This document shows positions 20,001-35,600 of a DNA stretch of 64,000 nt, piece by piece. The notes below the pieces were generated by a model, which had not been told where the DNA came from, searched no databases, and saw nothing but the letters and a program-made list of their open reading frames with translations. Within the stretch, counting starts at the first letter, position 1. Every line of letters starts with the position of its first letter. Source of the DNA: Lingula anatina (taxonomy: Eukaryota > Animalia > Brachiopoda); NCBI GenBank assembly GCA_051362555.1, contig CM120642.1:434001-498000 (forward strand), written 5' to 3'. The position numbers and the translations under genes are program-made.

Positions 20001-23000
20001 AACATTTGATTTCGGGGGAGATATTTTTTCAATTGGTCTAAAAGTATTTTCTCTTGATTGTTGCAAATGGGCAATCCTTGCTGTGATTGACAATGCCTCC
20101 ATGTCTGAGATGCCGCTATCTTTACTCTCCTGGGTGCCATTTCTGTAGCGAACTGTTGACGTGAAAGCTGAATTTGGGGACCTGACCACCTGTTGTTGAC
20201 TTGTTGGTGGAGAGGAAGTTGCTTCTGAGAGTCTTTCATAATTCCTGTAGGAATCTCGCTCACTGTTGTTATTTCGGATGACTGCAGTTGGGGACTTCTT
20301 GATGATTTTCTCCTCCCTAGGTGGTGCTGTGCTCACTTGTGAGGAACTGCTCTGGGGCGTTGGTTGGCCGTCATTGAGAGAAGGTCGACGTCGAAGCTGA
20401 CTTTGGCGTGGCTTAGGGATGGGTTTTTCTCCTTTCACTGGCTCAGGCTCTGGGAACCTAAAAACAGCAAATGATATATATTAATCTACAAAGAAAAAAA
20501 AAACATTGTGTACCCATAGCCTATTTAAAAAAACACCTTTCAAAGTATGATTTAGTTAGAACAACCTATTTGAGTAGTGATTAATTTCTATCAAAAAGAC
20601 CCACAGAAGTCACTTATTCTCACTAACTATACTGGTTTAATTTACAAAAGTAGAAGCAATTACATCTGCATTCACAATGACAATGCATTATAATAAATCA
20701 ACAGTGTATGTATACTCAGTGGTTCCCATACCCACTACTCCATGTTAGCCTCCTTTTGATTTTTTTCCAAATTCTTGCTGCCATGCCAAATTTGAAAGGG
20801 TCACTAGACAGTGAAAATATTTGCACTCAGGAGATCCAATGCTCAAAGGAAAAAATTCCACAAATTAACCGTATGACAAAATTCTCATTCCCTGTGCTCA
20901 TTCCCTGTGGTAGTTTAAATTAAGTCAGGGTTTAAATGCTGTGTTCAAACTGCAGCATTTAAATCTGTGCTCACATATCAATATTAGTTCCTATCTCTGA
21001 CCAAACCACAATAACATTTCTCAGATGAGAACCCCTAATGCTTCATTTAAGATATCAGTACATCCCTTGCATAAGAATAAAGGTGCAGCCAAAGAAATCT
21101 CTGTTCTCTTTTTTCTTCTGTTGGTATTCTTTGTTTAAAAAATCCAGAATTTTCATTTTCGCCTCAGCATCAAATCTTATGGTAACCCATGTTAGTTCAG
21201 TCTACCATGTTCTCAGATAAAACTATTCCTAATGGCACAGAAGTAACCTTCCAACAATAGAGAGTTCTGAAGACCCTAATTACTGTATCGTCCCAATCCT
21301 TCACATTCCATGTTATCCCAATATACACATACAAGTATATTTTTTCTTCACATGTAACAAATCTCTTTGATTTGGAATTTAACTTGAAATTCCAACATGG
21401 TTCCACATCTTATTCAGCATCCTTTCCTCGGTATACAGTCCATAGTTCTCAATCCCCTGTTTTTCTTAAGCTAAATACTCAACTCCTTATGATCCCCATA
21501 AACCTATGGCACAAGACTGAAATCTTATTCCTCTCTCCCGAGACTCTTCATACCATAACAGCAAGCAATCAGCCTGTGTTTGGTCTCCCGCTGTGCAGAG
21601 ATATTGCTATCTTTCAAACTTCTGTAACTCTCAGATCACAAGGAAATAGCAGAGCAGTTCAATCATTTAACCAATTAATGTCATTCCTTTCAAAAAAAGA
21701 TACACAAAGTAAACATGACAACAAAAAATCCAGAAGAAGGGATCAAATGACACCTGGATGCTGACTGAATTCTCTTTCCTCACAGTGAAAAAAGCAGACG
21801 TGATCCTTTCCCTGACCCTTGTCTGTCTAATCTGTCAGATATGCACTATTTCAGCCCTCTCACACATAGCTCTTGGTGCTGCAGCCAATAATGTAATCAC
21901 CCTGAATATGTTATTAATGACCCATTAGCATTCCACGGCAGAGCCAAAATGTGGATTAGATTTCTAAAGAGGAAACACCATTTATTACAAAGGTGTCTAA
22001 TTATTTGTCTAGTGTTATTTATTATGTTACTATAAATTATCTCTAATGAGATTCAGTTGCAGCATTTTTCTTTCTTTTTGGTGGCTTTTGCATACCAGTT
22101 GCGTTAGGTGTGACTTGTACTTTTTCCAACACAATGTAAAATGTGTCAGGGTGGACCCGCAGTTCTTCCAACATAACAACAAATGTGCTATTCACACTTC
22201 TTTTGATGGAATCTGATCTTCACATAAGGACAATATGAGGTGGAATTCTAGCTAAATATCCTATGCTGCAGAAATGATCATTATGTTGCCGTGCAAGGAT
22301 TTCTCAACATGTTGTAGATGTAAACGGCTACAGTGGAACCTACATGACCAGTCACCTTATAACTCCATTTATCTTTTATCTCAAATAATTACTGGAAAAC
22401 ATCTTTCCTTTGTATAGGCTGACATTTACATGAAAATCAAGTAAATGTAATCTTCAACTAACTCCAATATATTTTCTAGCCCTACAAAGTTACTCTGAGC
22501 CCAATGAACATATCTGACATAAAGTCAAAATAAATGTCAAATGCTTCGTATAAATCATACTTCTATTTTTCATCCTCACCCATCTAATATCAAAATACTT
22601 CTAAGCAATTGTAATCAACCAAAAATGTCAGGCACAATGCAAAACAATAAATTGTCTCAAAATGAATGTTGCCACACTGTTACCAAGGCAACTCACAACA
22701 ACAATACAAAAACACTCAACTAAGGATGGACTTAGGACAAGAAGGGGATCCCGCCTAATATATCTAAATAAAGAGCGATCAAGTGATTAGGCTGGAATGC
22801 TGACTGCTTAAGTCATTACCACAGAAAACAAAAGGCCCTTAACATTTTTCAGGGTCAGTTATTTCACCTCTCTATTTTTGGCTCCAGTTTTTGTAACTAA
22901 TTGGTGTAATAACTCTTATGACTGGAACGCCACAATGCATTCCTCTGTTCTGGCAATCTCTGTGTTCATATCCATATTATAGAACAACCAGGAATACAGT

Positions 23001-25016
23001 GAGCAATTATGAAATTCCTGAATCATAGCTGAGGGTAAACATGAAATCAGGGGCCTCTAATATACAAAATAAAAATATATGTGATACAATACATTTTTAA
23101 ATGTCTGCTAGTGGTCAGATCATAAGCCAAGGGGTTATTTCATACAATAAGATGGCTCAAATATGTCAACTCTGATATCAAGATCCAAGATTTCTTCTGT
23201 TCCTTTTTAATCTCAAGGTTATATATTTCTCCAATTGTTATTTTCTTCTTCTCTTTTACAATAAATACCCAGCCAAAGTCAAGGTGAGGTGGAATAAGGT
23301 GATGTACGCCCAATTTGTACACTTTTCAGAGCTGCATTGTAATAATAACTTTTGACAAAGGTCAGCTTCACTTCAGCCTCTCCCTCCACTTAAAATGTTC
23401 CCATACCTTAACCATTCAGATTTCCCCCCATCAAAAATTATCAAGTGCCTCAAATCAGTCTTGGGTACTTAAAAACAAAGACACTTAACTTATTTCTAAA
23501 CTTAATACCAAAACAATCCTCCACCTCATTCTTGAAGTCATCTTACCAACTCTTGTTATAAAAAGGTCATCTGGTTTCTAAGGTCTAGGTTATTCTTAAT
23601 TACCAAGTGGTACAGAGAAGCTAAAGCATCATAAGATCCATCATGGGCAGGAAGTTGATACAACGTACTTGGTTTAAAACTCCAGGCCTGGAAGAGTTTT
23701 TTTAATGTTACGTACATGAATGAGTAAAACCCATTTTATCATTATTTGTTTGATAACCAATAAAATATAAATAATATTCTTAGCTTACCTCATGGAACTT
23801 TCTCTGGAAGAACTTGGTACCCTGTCAAAATTAAATTTTCTGTTTTCATCCTCGCTGAAAACATCATCTGGAGTTGGCTGGAGACCCACAGAACTTGGCG
23901 TCAGTCCTGGCGATCCTGAAGACTCAGCGCTCAGATAACTCTTGGGTGGTGGCGCCGGCGGTGCCAGTCCTGGCTCCCCATTGGTTCTGTTGTTTCTAAG
24001 ATGGCTGCCACCCTCTGTTATCCTGCCAGATGAGTCAATATTGGAGTAGTTATGAGAGGTAGAGATCCTCTTCTGTGGTTGTGGAATGTCTTGGTGTCTG
24101 TCGCTATCTTGTGACAGTTCTTCCTTAGGACTGCTCGTTCCAACTGGTCTGAAGGCAGACTTAGGCTGGTGAGCCTCGTTCATGACCTGTGGTCGTTCCA
24201 CAGGACGCGATGTTGAGATGTTCATCCGTGTTCCACTTCCATGGTGAATATAACTTGGTGCACTGACAAGTTTAGGCTGAGACTGAGACTGGGATAACTT
24301 CCTGGCCTGGTGACGCAGCTGATCAGCATAAGAATCCTCCTGCCCCAGGTTCTCGTAGTTCTGTACCTGTCGCCCATCCCCCCAGCGGGTCTCAATGCGG
24401 TCCTGCCTGCGATCCATGTGTGGAGGATACCAGTGGGGATCAGCCGGACCTTGACTGCGCCTGTCGCCACCAGAAGGTTTGTAATTCCGCGGTGGCAGAG
24501 GAGGCTTATCGTCTTCCAGGGAGCTGGAGCTGGTGTTCTGCTGATGTGACGGGGCCTGTGGGTTGGTGAAGGTGAACCGCTGCAGATCAGTGGGTTTGGT
24601 AGGTGAAGCTCCTCCGCTTGAACTAGAACAGAGGAAATGATACATTTAGAGATACATCACTGATCACAGTTTTACTGGAGGTGGGTGTATGGAGGTTCAC
24701 CACAAAGGGAAGCCTCACACTACGCATTATATTAGAATCATTTTCTTTTCCTTTTTCTACATAAAAAAATTGAATAACAAACGACCTTATATCGAACAAT
24801 GAACATTTTGTATTCCGAGATGGATCAAAGGCGTTTTCTGTTAATACTGTGTGACAACTCATGTAGGTTTTAGTACAACTTCATTCAATTCAGCTAAAAA
24901 GGTCTACAAGTACAATTTCAACACATGAAAATCCTGTTTAACAGTTTGCTGTTCAATTAATATTTTAAGGTAAACTTGGCTCTGTCAATAAAAACACACA
25001 CATGCAAGTATGTGTG

Positions 25017-25057
<41 letters not shown>

Positions 25058-28000
25058 TTTAAATGTGGCACCAAACCAGCATTTTATCCCAGACAAGCCA
25101 TTTCACACCATATCTAGGTTGCGAATCACAATGACTGCTGCAGCCAGAACAACATCATTAGCTGGATCAATACACTAACTAATTTAGCTAAAGTAGGACT
25201 GAATAATAGACCCAAGGTGATAGATCTATCTTAACCATTTCCAAACTCTCTCAGAAATTCAATTTTGTATTACTGCCACTGTAATGACATCAACTTCTCT
25301 GCAGAGAGTCCTTCATATTGCTTTCTCATCACGATACCATTGCCAGAACATGTTAGTTTAATCAATGCTGTACTACTCTCTGAGCATGGAGCCAGCATGC
25401 GTGGTACAAAGTTATCATATATGGTAATTACCTTTAAATTCAAAGTCTCACTTTTTCAAATATTTCCTTTTTCGCAATTTATCATTTCACGACAGTCACA
25501 AAAAAAGCAATCCAAACAGGAATCAGGAATGGTTGTTTAAAAATGAGGACATGCATCCTTTTGTTATACAAACTATCTGCTTTTCTTACAAACCATCATT
25601 TCTACCACAGTGACTGTAACCCATAGCATAAGGTCTTTGTTGTAAATCCTTGAAATAAACAACCATCAAGTTGTAACATAAACAGTTTGCAGGAATGCAG
25701 ATATACCTCACCATTTCTACCTATCTATACCTGCTATTAACCCAATAATATATCTTAAACTAAATGCATGTATTAAGTCACCAAGTCCTTATAAGCTGTT
25801 TAACATTACAAGATGTGTAACAAAGGTGACATCTGATATGTCTCCAAGTCACCAATCTCATCTGGTGACTAACTCCAGAAATAAATTCCTCAAGATGTCT
25901 TCCTAGCTCTATCCTACCTGTCAATACAGGTGAGTGATCTCAGTGAAGATAGCATGTCTCAACATGTCCACTTCATTTGGTCATCATGTCCAGCAGGTCA
26001 GTTCCATATACACTCAATATAGAACCAGCCAATGCTATATCACAGTGTATATCTGTATCCTATAACTTCCAGGCTATTATCCCTGGCACCTGATCCTATC
26101 TGCTGCTACTCTCCCTCCCCCTCCTCCCCCCCCCCTCCCTCTCAGCTCTGAGTGTCTGCATGCACTCCAAGCATTAGAAACCTCCTCCTGCAGTCATTAT
26201 TACCAAGTGGACAGAGATGATATCAAAGAATGGTCACAGATAGCAAACACTGCAGTGAAAATGTCTTGTAACATTTGAGGAATGTTGTACTGTTTTAAAT
26301 ATTGTTCATATTTGTTTGTTACTTTCTGAACTCTTTGTTTTCTTTTTTTCTCTATGTAAATTTGTTAAGAGATAAAGCTCTTATTTTATTAAATGTGATT
26401 GATTACTTTATCAAATTGTTATGTTTATCATATTTATAGATGAAGTTACCTTGGCAACAATTACCACTAAACCTGAATAAACTAACAGTAATATGTTTTA
26501 GAAAAATATCCATTAACCTGTTGAAAAGAATAAGGTTCCCATACAAACATGGTCCATTTGATGTCTATACACAACTGTTATAAAATGAAGAAATACAGAG
26601 ATTGCATATATCTCCAGTGTGACATAATAAAGGTGGCAGCACATCCTATTCTGTATTGTAGATCTATCAAGCTATGTACAGCAATTATTTCAAACCTCTT
26701 CTGTTGGCAGTGCGTACTTGATTTGTTTGGCAAAATGTCATCAAGCACATAAACCTTGACAATAGCCAGTTTTTTCTTCTATTATCTACACCTATGTATG
26801 ACTCAGATATATTTCACAAAGAATTCATTTGTCTAATGCTTTACTAGTAAGAATAGAGTTTCCAATAAAGCTGTAGAAAATGAGAAGCTTAATTATCTAC
26901 CATGTACTCTTAACTCTAAATTTAGTAGGTGAAAATAAGATTAACTGGGAAAAAAACAAGACTTCATGAAAAAAAAAAAACAAAAAAAAAAACAGTGACT
27001 CTCTATTTTCCAATTCCAGAAATGATACAGAGATGAGCAGTTTTGGTGATGTCTGAAACATGTGGTGGCAGTGAAGAGCAGCCCCCCACTTCTCCACTTA
27101 ACAAAATCAATATCTTAGTGTTACTTTCTCTCCCTAACTCCACATCCTATCTATCTTCAGTAAGGTTTATTCTGGTGATTACTAACCCTTGGCTTGACAA
27201 TGCATTGATTTCTATGTGGGACAGGAACACCACAGAAATATGAGGTCAACAGTGAGAGCTTCTGATCAATTCTCTCCCAGTACAATCTACCCAAACATTG
27301 CTGAGAATCTCCACTTCCAAGTGAACATTACTGTGACTGACAACAAACCTTTTGTAAAATTAAGAGATACTACAATATTATGCACTTAGTTAATCACCTG
27401 AAAACATCTGTCATTCTGTGTGCTCCACTGAGTCACCAGGAGGAACTCTAATTACCACTTCTCTGCATACAACTTACCTGGCTACTGAGGAGACAATGTT
27501 TTTATGGGCTGATGAACAAAGGAATTTAGTCTCTTCAGGTAACAGTTATGGAGATAGATCTGTACCAGGCCAGGTGATGTAATAATGCAAACAGCAGACT
27601 AATTTCCACTAAGAGATTGTGTGTGTGTCCTGATGCTGACCTCACAAGTAGTAGACCAGTATGGCTATAATCCTAGCTGTTCAAAGAGGCTATACCTGGG
27701 CAAGGTTGAGTTGGTGAGCAACTGTGACATCTTAAATGCTAAGATATGATTATCAAACAGTATTATTCACCGTATAAGAAGTGAAGAAAATTACACTAAT
27801 TTCATAGCTTGTCTTTGCCAGGATATATACTAGTACTGACTGAGCCGAGCAACACGGTTGCTAAATCCAAGTCTTTGAACAGGATTGTCTACCAGCCACT
27901 AAAATAAATGCATCTTAATACAACAATGCTTGAGAATGAAATATACAAATTCAAAACGATGTGTTAATAAACCTGCAGTGAAAATACAACCAATGTCAGT

Positions 28001-29619
28001 ACACCCAAAATTCGAGGAAGTACTGTCATCTTCCAAACACCCACTTCCACCTACTAACCCTCTAAGCATGTTTCGAATGTGGCTTATCAGTTCTTGGTGA
28101 TAAGACACTAAAACTGTGCCAATGAATTCTGGTTGACAAATTCCTTTGAACCCAGTCACAGTTTACCTTACAATTAATGGACACCATACTGTCTTATCTA
28201 CCCCAAGGCACATCACTGTATTGTTTTTTATTTTATTTCAAAATTATGCTGTGTATCATTTTGCTTTTAATTTAGCATTCAATAAAAACTGGTAATCTAT
28301 ATGTATTATAATCCTAGGTTACTTTTTATCAAACATAAGCTGTTAAAACTATATAAGCTATCAGACATGCCTGACCTTCAAGGCTGAGGTCTTCCACTTT
28401 GACATGGTAAACTTTAGAAGTTGCCAGTAGAGTGAAGGAAGTTCTCAGGAAGCCTTAACCAGCCTGGTCCTTCAGAACTCTACTTTTGGAATTTTATTCT
28501 ACTTAGTTTTGTAGCACTGCAACAACTTGTTTTGGAAAAAAATGTCCAAATGCCAAAACCTGGACATACAGAGTAGTGTCCCCCATGGGACAGACCACTA
28601 ACACACCTGACCAAATGACCAGCAGTCACTACATACAGGTGAAAGTGTGGACACTTTGTATTTCAATTAATTTCCTTTCATTTATTGACTCCCTGCCAGG
28701 CACAATTGCTCATCTACATTGTGATCAACTACGTGTAATGCATAATTTTCTCCCCAGGAGCTAATTTCATAAAGCACTACACTATTGCTTTACTTGGTGA
28801 ATACTATACACTGTGAACCATTGGTCTCAAATTATAGTACACTTAACAAAGCAGAGTCCGAAGTTGATGTAATGTTTTTCCTTTTTCACATAACAATGAG
28901 TCAAACAAGAATGTCGTTACAAACAAATTAAGTGGCATGGGGTTCATATTTGTTCCAGAAAACAAACAAGAAAAAAAAAATCACTGAAGACAATGAACAC
29001 ATATTTTGCATACATTCCATGGACCAGATTTCCATTTTGAAATAAAATGATGATCCAATTCCCAAACAAAATTCTACTTCAACAATTCAGAAATAAAGGA
29101 TAAATTTTACTCAATTAACTGATAATCAAGATACCTGCCTGTATTCTAAGACTATTTCTCTAACAGCACAATAACACATTTTTAACAGAAATTAGTTCAC
29201 TTATTCTGACAGGGACGAATCAAGGTTAAATTCTACATCAGACATAACCACATATTAACATCTATGATAACATGACAATTCCCCAATACTTTCAGACAAT
29301 AAAAGGCAAAAACACCTGCTAAACATACCAAGCAGCTACTGGTATAACAAGTTCCCATATGTCACCTATTCCTTCACACAATACACCTAACCATATAAGT
29401 AAACATTATCTGTAGAATACCCGTCGCAGTGAGTCAAACCATCAAGTGAGCCTTCACACATCCCGATCTGAATGTACAGACAAACAATGGACGCAATCAG
29501 GAAATTCTTTCTGCTAACAAAGGCATGGTCAACTGTCCATGTCATCTGGTCCTCTACCTCCTACAATGTCCACCTACATGAAGTCCAGGTGATCACTATA
29601 ACTGTCACCTGGCCAGCCA

Positions 29620-29679
<60 letters not shown>

Positions 29680-32600
29680 GGGGGGGGGGGTCTGAAGGGT
29701 GGAATAACCTGTGTTACCTGTGCGTCACTGGGTCTATTTTCTGATACCAAGTTTACTAGTAATTCTAAAGACAAAACAGCATAATGTGTTCAAATATGAG
29801 TGTATTTCACATATTACACAGGTTACCAGTGCATGTACCAATTTCAACAGAAAAATTATTTAAAGCCTGCCCTTCATTAATTGGTATGCCATAAACATTT
29901 ATAATGCATATCTAGACCCGGATGCTGCAGCATGTTATTGTCTGATATTTCCATCATTTCAGAGTTTGGTATTCATATGAGACCTGTGAATTCATATTAA
30001 ACTGTCATATCTAGAACAGGTATTTTTAGAAAGGTCTAATTACTTTCCGTCACCTGAATAAACACCCCATTAAGGTGTACAGGCCATGTGTCAAGCAAGA
30101 TTGTCCTGATGATAAACAAATAAAAGGATTACAAGTTTTGATAATTATTTAACCTTTTCTGGCATTTCATATAAAGGAAACATTATATATGGCATTTATA
30201 TAAATCTACTGGTACCTTTCTGAAATTTAAAGCTTGCGGGTGTATTATACAAACCATTAACCTAACATCTATGGATCTTATGAATATGATAACAAAATAT
30301 ATGTCTTGCTTTGGGCATGATATGTTTGGTGTACATTAATACTGGAGTTGATGTCTTCCGTATCCTAATGCATATGCCATCACATTTACATGTACATTAG
30401 CCTCTAACTAGCAGACAAAGACTAAATCCACACAGGAATAACTAATGGGTTTTGTTCTATGATTATATTATCTGGTACTACACACAATGACAACAGAGTT
30501 GAGTCCATTTCTTATTCTCTGCCTTCCTCTTCCTACTGTTACCACAGACTGAGTTCAAATGTTGAAAGTGTTTGATAATAACAACAATATTACATTTTTA
30601 CACTTAGCCTTGCAGATGGTCTTCAAGATATTCACCACAACATATAGAATAGTAGTATACTTCAGTGATACTTCAGGAGATCTCTTATCTATAATGAGTG
30701 AGCTTTACTGCCTCAGTGGAATGGTATTTATGCATAAATACACATCACAGAAGCAAACTCCATCTCCTAATAACACACTTGAAACAGTAGCAAATGGGAA
30801 AGTTAAAAATGTCTAATATTTCATTACTGTAATATATAGACACAGGTATCATGTAGCTTGTTTAGGTTTCTTTTGTTCCGACTTCTGTGACAACAAATTC
30901 CCAAATGAGAAATATCAATTTTATTCTGTATTAGCTACAGTTTACTGAATAATGTTCGATGCTTCACTTCATTATCCAAACCTGCTCACATACGTACATC
31001 TCACAGCATTGATTTCCAACTCCATCACCATTTTCAGCTTGATTACCTTTTGTCTACATACTCCCTGCATAAATCATACACGCTGAAATACCTGACATGC
31101 AAACATACTAAATCAAGGAACAAAACTGGTAATATTTCTCACAGCTCAAACCTTTCCAGCATGTATATGTACTAGTAGCTGACTCCCCATCACTAATTAC
31201 CTTTAGTGTATACAAATGTGTGTCCCATTTACATTCGATTTAATGAATCCTTCCCAAATCAAGCTGATTAGAGCTGCAATGGTTTCTAAAAACTGATCAA
31301 ACTTTGGATAATTTCTTCAATTTCTTCATAATTTTATTTGTCCTCTGGGAAGTGATCAGTGAGGTAAAAGATCAAGTAGATCTGTCTGTAACAAGAATTT
31401 TCTTACCACTGTAAACATGTACTAACACCGACCTTCTTTTATCATACAAATTATACATCTGCTCAATGTGATTCTATAGGTTTCTTCAAGGCATTTAATA
31501 ACGAACTTTTTACGCATGTTCCAGCTACGTACAACACAACATACATACCTGGTTTAAGCTCAGTCTTTGATGAAACCTATTTAAATCAAACAGCTGAATA
31601 ATTTCAACTGAATCAGTGACAAATTTGATAATAAACAGTAAAATATTTCAAATTTCCCTGTTCCTAATTGGACAATGTTTAAAATTTAACAAGCTCCAAT
31701 GCTAACATCCACCCAGGCCTGTGATCTGCTTCAGTCCACACAAACTACATGTCAGTACATGCTATAATACCCCCAGTGATCTGTGTACAACTCTTACCTA
31801 GCTTTTCTTCTTACATGGTCCACCCGATAAATATCCTGTCGTCCAAACATTAAAGGCATTTTATTGGTCATCTAATGGTCATTTGGTAGTGTGACAGGTC
31901 CACCTTCTGTCCATTAGAGTCCAGACTGCCCTCTCTAATAAAGGTCACTCACTACTCTAGTCCTGAACAAACTGGTTTAACATATGGGACCCAGTAATTG
32001 TACTACTAGCACAGCTTTAGCTTGGACTGTACAGACACACAATCACAGGTCCAATCTCTTGGGGAGATAAGGAGGAAAATAACACTGTGGCTTTAGAGAT
32101 GTTACTTCACATTTCAGCTTTGGATTCTCATTTTTCATGATATGGGATAATTCAAGCATTTAACCACCAAATCAAAACTAAATAGGTCACGTTTGATTTC
32201 ATTTTTGATTTAATTTTATTTGTTTCCAAAAATGATCCCCCAACAAAAATGCGTTCTAGCCAATCAAACGGTTGGTGACTCACCAAAACACGAGGAAAAA
32301 ATTAAAAATTTTCATTCGACCTTTTTTTTTTACTTACCTAAGGAAAATCATGAGTGTCTTTTTTAATTTCTAATGTTGAGATCAACACTTTATCAATGAA
32401 TTTAACAATCTTTTCAGTATTTCATATATTGTTGGCAAATGGGGATGTTTATTCCTAATTGCTGCATAACTAATCAATATGGAAATTATGATGCCTGAAT
32501 CATGCTATATGAGCAATACTTGCTGAATATTTATGCCAGAATAAACTTGAGTATGTTGCTTTGAAAATCACAGAAATAATGTGTTCCATCCAGCTTTTTA

Positions 32601-35600
32601 AAAATATTTAAAAGTAATCACATGCTCCATCATGCTCAATGTTTGATTCTTAAAAAAATCCATTCACCAGTTTGATAAGAAACTGCTTAATATTCCAGTA
32701 TGAACTTACCAAATTATTAAGTGATACAAGCAACAGAAATATTCCACTTTAATTTGTGTACCCCAACAGTTGACCTCATCACTGTTTACATCAGTCCTCA
32801 CTTTCACATTACCAAACATTTACAAATCAATAAACATTCCTCAAAATAAGAAACACTGGGCTTTTCAAGTTCGAAGCAGTTTTTATAAAAACAAGAGTAA
32901 GTTTAAAACAAGCATAATAAGATTTCTGCCTGAGCTGAGCATTACCTTCTTCTACAAGTTGCATAAAATTCAAAATAAATCACATTTACTATACTTCAGT
33001 CCCAAGCGCCCTTTCCCCCCAGAGTAAGCCAACCTTTGGCAAACTTGTTAACATTGTTTACACACCAGGAAATAGAAAATAAATCTTCCAAAAATGATTT
33101 TCAAAGTAGCTGAAGGAAATTTCCTGCAGTGTGACTGTGATAACTGATTTGTTATCCTCCTAGCAGCATGCTCTCCTCAGGAAGGCCACAAATGGTGTTC
33201 TAGAGGGCAGCGAGGGCCAATACAGCCCCTTTGAGATGGTGAGAAAACATAGTGTAGAATGTGGAACATGACGGGAACTCTGCTGGAACCACTTCCAATA
33301 ATTTCCTCTGCATTCCTATCATAAGCTACTTAAGTACAGTGTTTTTTCTTTATCTTTTTAATCCACTGTTTCAACTAGAGGATCAGAGAGGCGATGCCGC
33401 CTCCGGATATTGTACCACCAGCTGGAGTAAGCACCACCACCACCACCACAACCACTACCACCTGTGCTGTGATTGACAAAATTAACTAACTGCCATAGAC
33501 CAGTTCTTAAAATATGCCAAAAGAAGCGAAAAACTGCATAACCTTTGTAAAAATTGTTTGATCAACCAGTTTTGGAGACATAAAACTCAGTTCACGGTAA
33601 AAAATGGTAAAAAATAGGTCAAAGGTCAATTTTAAGGTCACTGTTAAATTGCCAGTATATGACTTCCTATTCAACTTCAATAGTAACTATGGACCTATCT
33701 CTGCCAGTTTTGGAGATATAAGGGAACAAAATCTTGCAAAGATAGTTCATGTTGAAAAGTAGGTCAAAGGTCAATTTGAAGGTCACAGTAAGATTGCCAG
33801 TATATGATTTTTTATTCAAGTTCAATAGTAACTATGGCCCTATCTCTGCCAGTTTTTGTAATATATGAGACTGAAATGTTGCAAAGTTCAGTTCATAGTA
33901 AAAAGTAGGTCAAAGGTCAATTTCAAGGTCACAGTTAGATTGCCAGTATATGACTTCCTATTCAAATCTGTAGAAACTATAGGCAAAACTCTGTGAGTTT
34001 TGGAGATATAAGGGATTAAAAATGTGCAAAGTTTAGTTCATGGTGAAAAATAGGTCAAAGGTCAATTTCAAGGTCACAGTAAGGTAGCAAGTAGTATATG
34101 ACTTCCTATTCAAGTTCAATAGTAACTATGGGCATATCTTTGCTAATTTTAGATTATTTCACATTTTACTTTCACCAATGAATATTGCAGCATTGTACTT
34201 TTTGATATAGCGCAACTCTTAAACTATATCGAAACAAAAAGAATCCCACCTTCAGTATTGCGCTTATCAAGTTCTATAAAATGCAAAAAGCCATAGGTCT
34301 ACAGCATTTTTGGTTTGAGAATTATGGAGAGTTTTCAGTTTTGCCATTAGATTTTCTAATAGCTGGGTCTCCCGTGAAAATGCACTGATTGACCCCAAAC
34401 TCTTGAAAATGAAAGAAGTCCCTAATTGCAACCCCCCACTGTAATATGAGAGCTTAGGTCTATGTAGTTTCTGAAAATTGGCAGAATCAAATATTTTTTT
34501 GCAAAAAATTCCCATTTTTAGAAAATTTTGACCCATTTGACCTTGAAATAAAGGTCAAAGGTCAAATCCAAGAGCAAATTTGGAATCTTCACATATGACT
34601 TTTGGTCAGACTTCAATAGAAATTTTTCCCATAATTCCTTCAGTTTGGGAGATATTTGGCATTGAATTTTCAAAAATTTTGACAAGGGTGCATTTCAACG
34701 AGTGCCATGCCCAGGCCATTGCACCAATTGAGACAAAAAAACCAGGGGGTTCAAGTTGAGATTATATGTGACCAAAACCCAAGAGATGGGGACACGAGCC
34801 CTTGCGGTCTAGGAGGAGAAGCGGTAACGGTGACTTGTATCCGGCGCCAGAACGCGGAGCCGGCGGAGCCGCAGAAGCCGGCGGAGCCGCAGGAGCCGTA
34901 CGAGACGGGTCGGGACTAAAACCATGAGTACCGCCAGCGTACACGCTGGTGGTACTAATAATTTATGTGAAACTAACATGCTTGCTTATAATTCAACAAA
35001 GGAAAATCAATGCTAAATTTTAAGCCAAATTTTCAAAATTGTTTTTTGACAGCAATCTGAAAGCAATCATTTTTTTTAAATTTGAATTCGGAGTCCAATG
35101 TCTCCTAAATGGATTAAGCTTAAAGAATCAACCATAGCAACAGACTGTTATAAACTGAACAATTTTTAATGCTTCTCATTGACAAAGGTATTTTTTTCCT
35201 TGCACTGAGGCACCTGTAAAGTGCTGCCACCTATGACCTTACTATGACACTAATCATTTTCAAGGACATAGCCAGCAGCTGTACAAATTGTACTTTTCAG
35301 GTGCCTTTTTTCCACACAAAATGAGCAAGATTACTCTACAATTTTGGCCGTATTTCATTGACTTTAAAACATTCCTTTGACACAGAAGACTGTCAGTGAC
35401 AAAAGGAAGGGCATTTTACAAATTGGTCACCATTTCTGCATGAACATGCTTACTGCAATAAACTTCCTATCCATGAGAGGAAATAACATTCATCTGTAGT
35501 AGTATACATTTTTTTACTAATTCTCATCACTAATTTGTACCTGTAATATGGTTTCATAATTTCTGTACTCTAATCTTCTCTAGTCCTGTGTGTTTCACCT

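Noticed and set aside
33540-34140. CRISPR-like array (also the 15-bp repeats at 53564-53736)
   Set aside because: Whole units are homologous, with no unique spacers; eukaryotic context, no cas genes, and both lie inside transposons.
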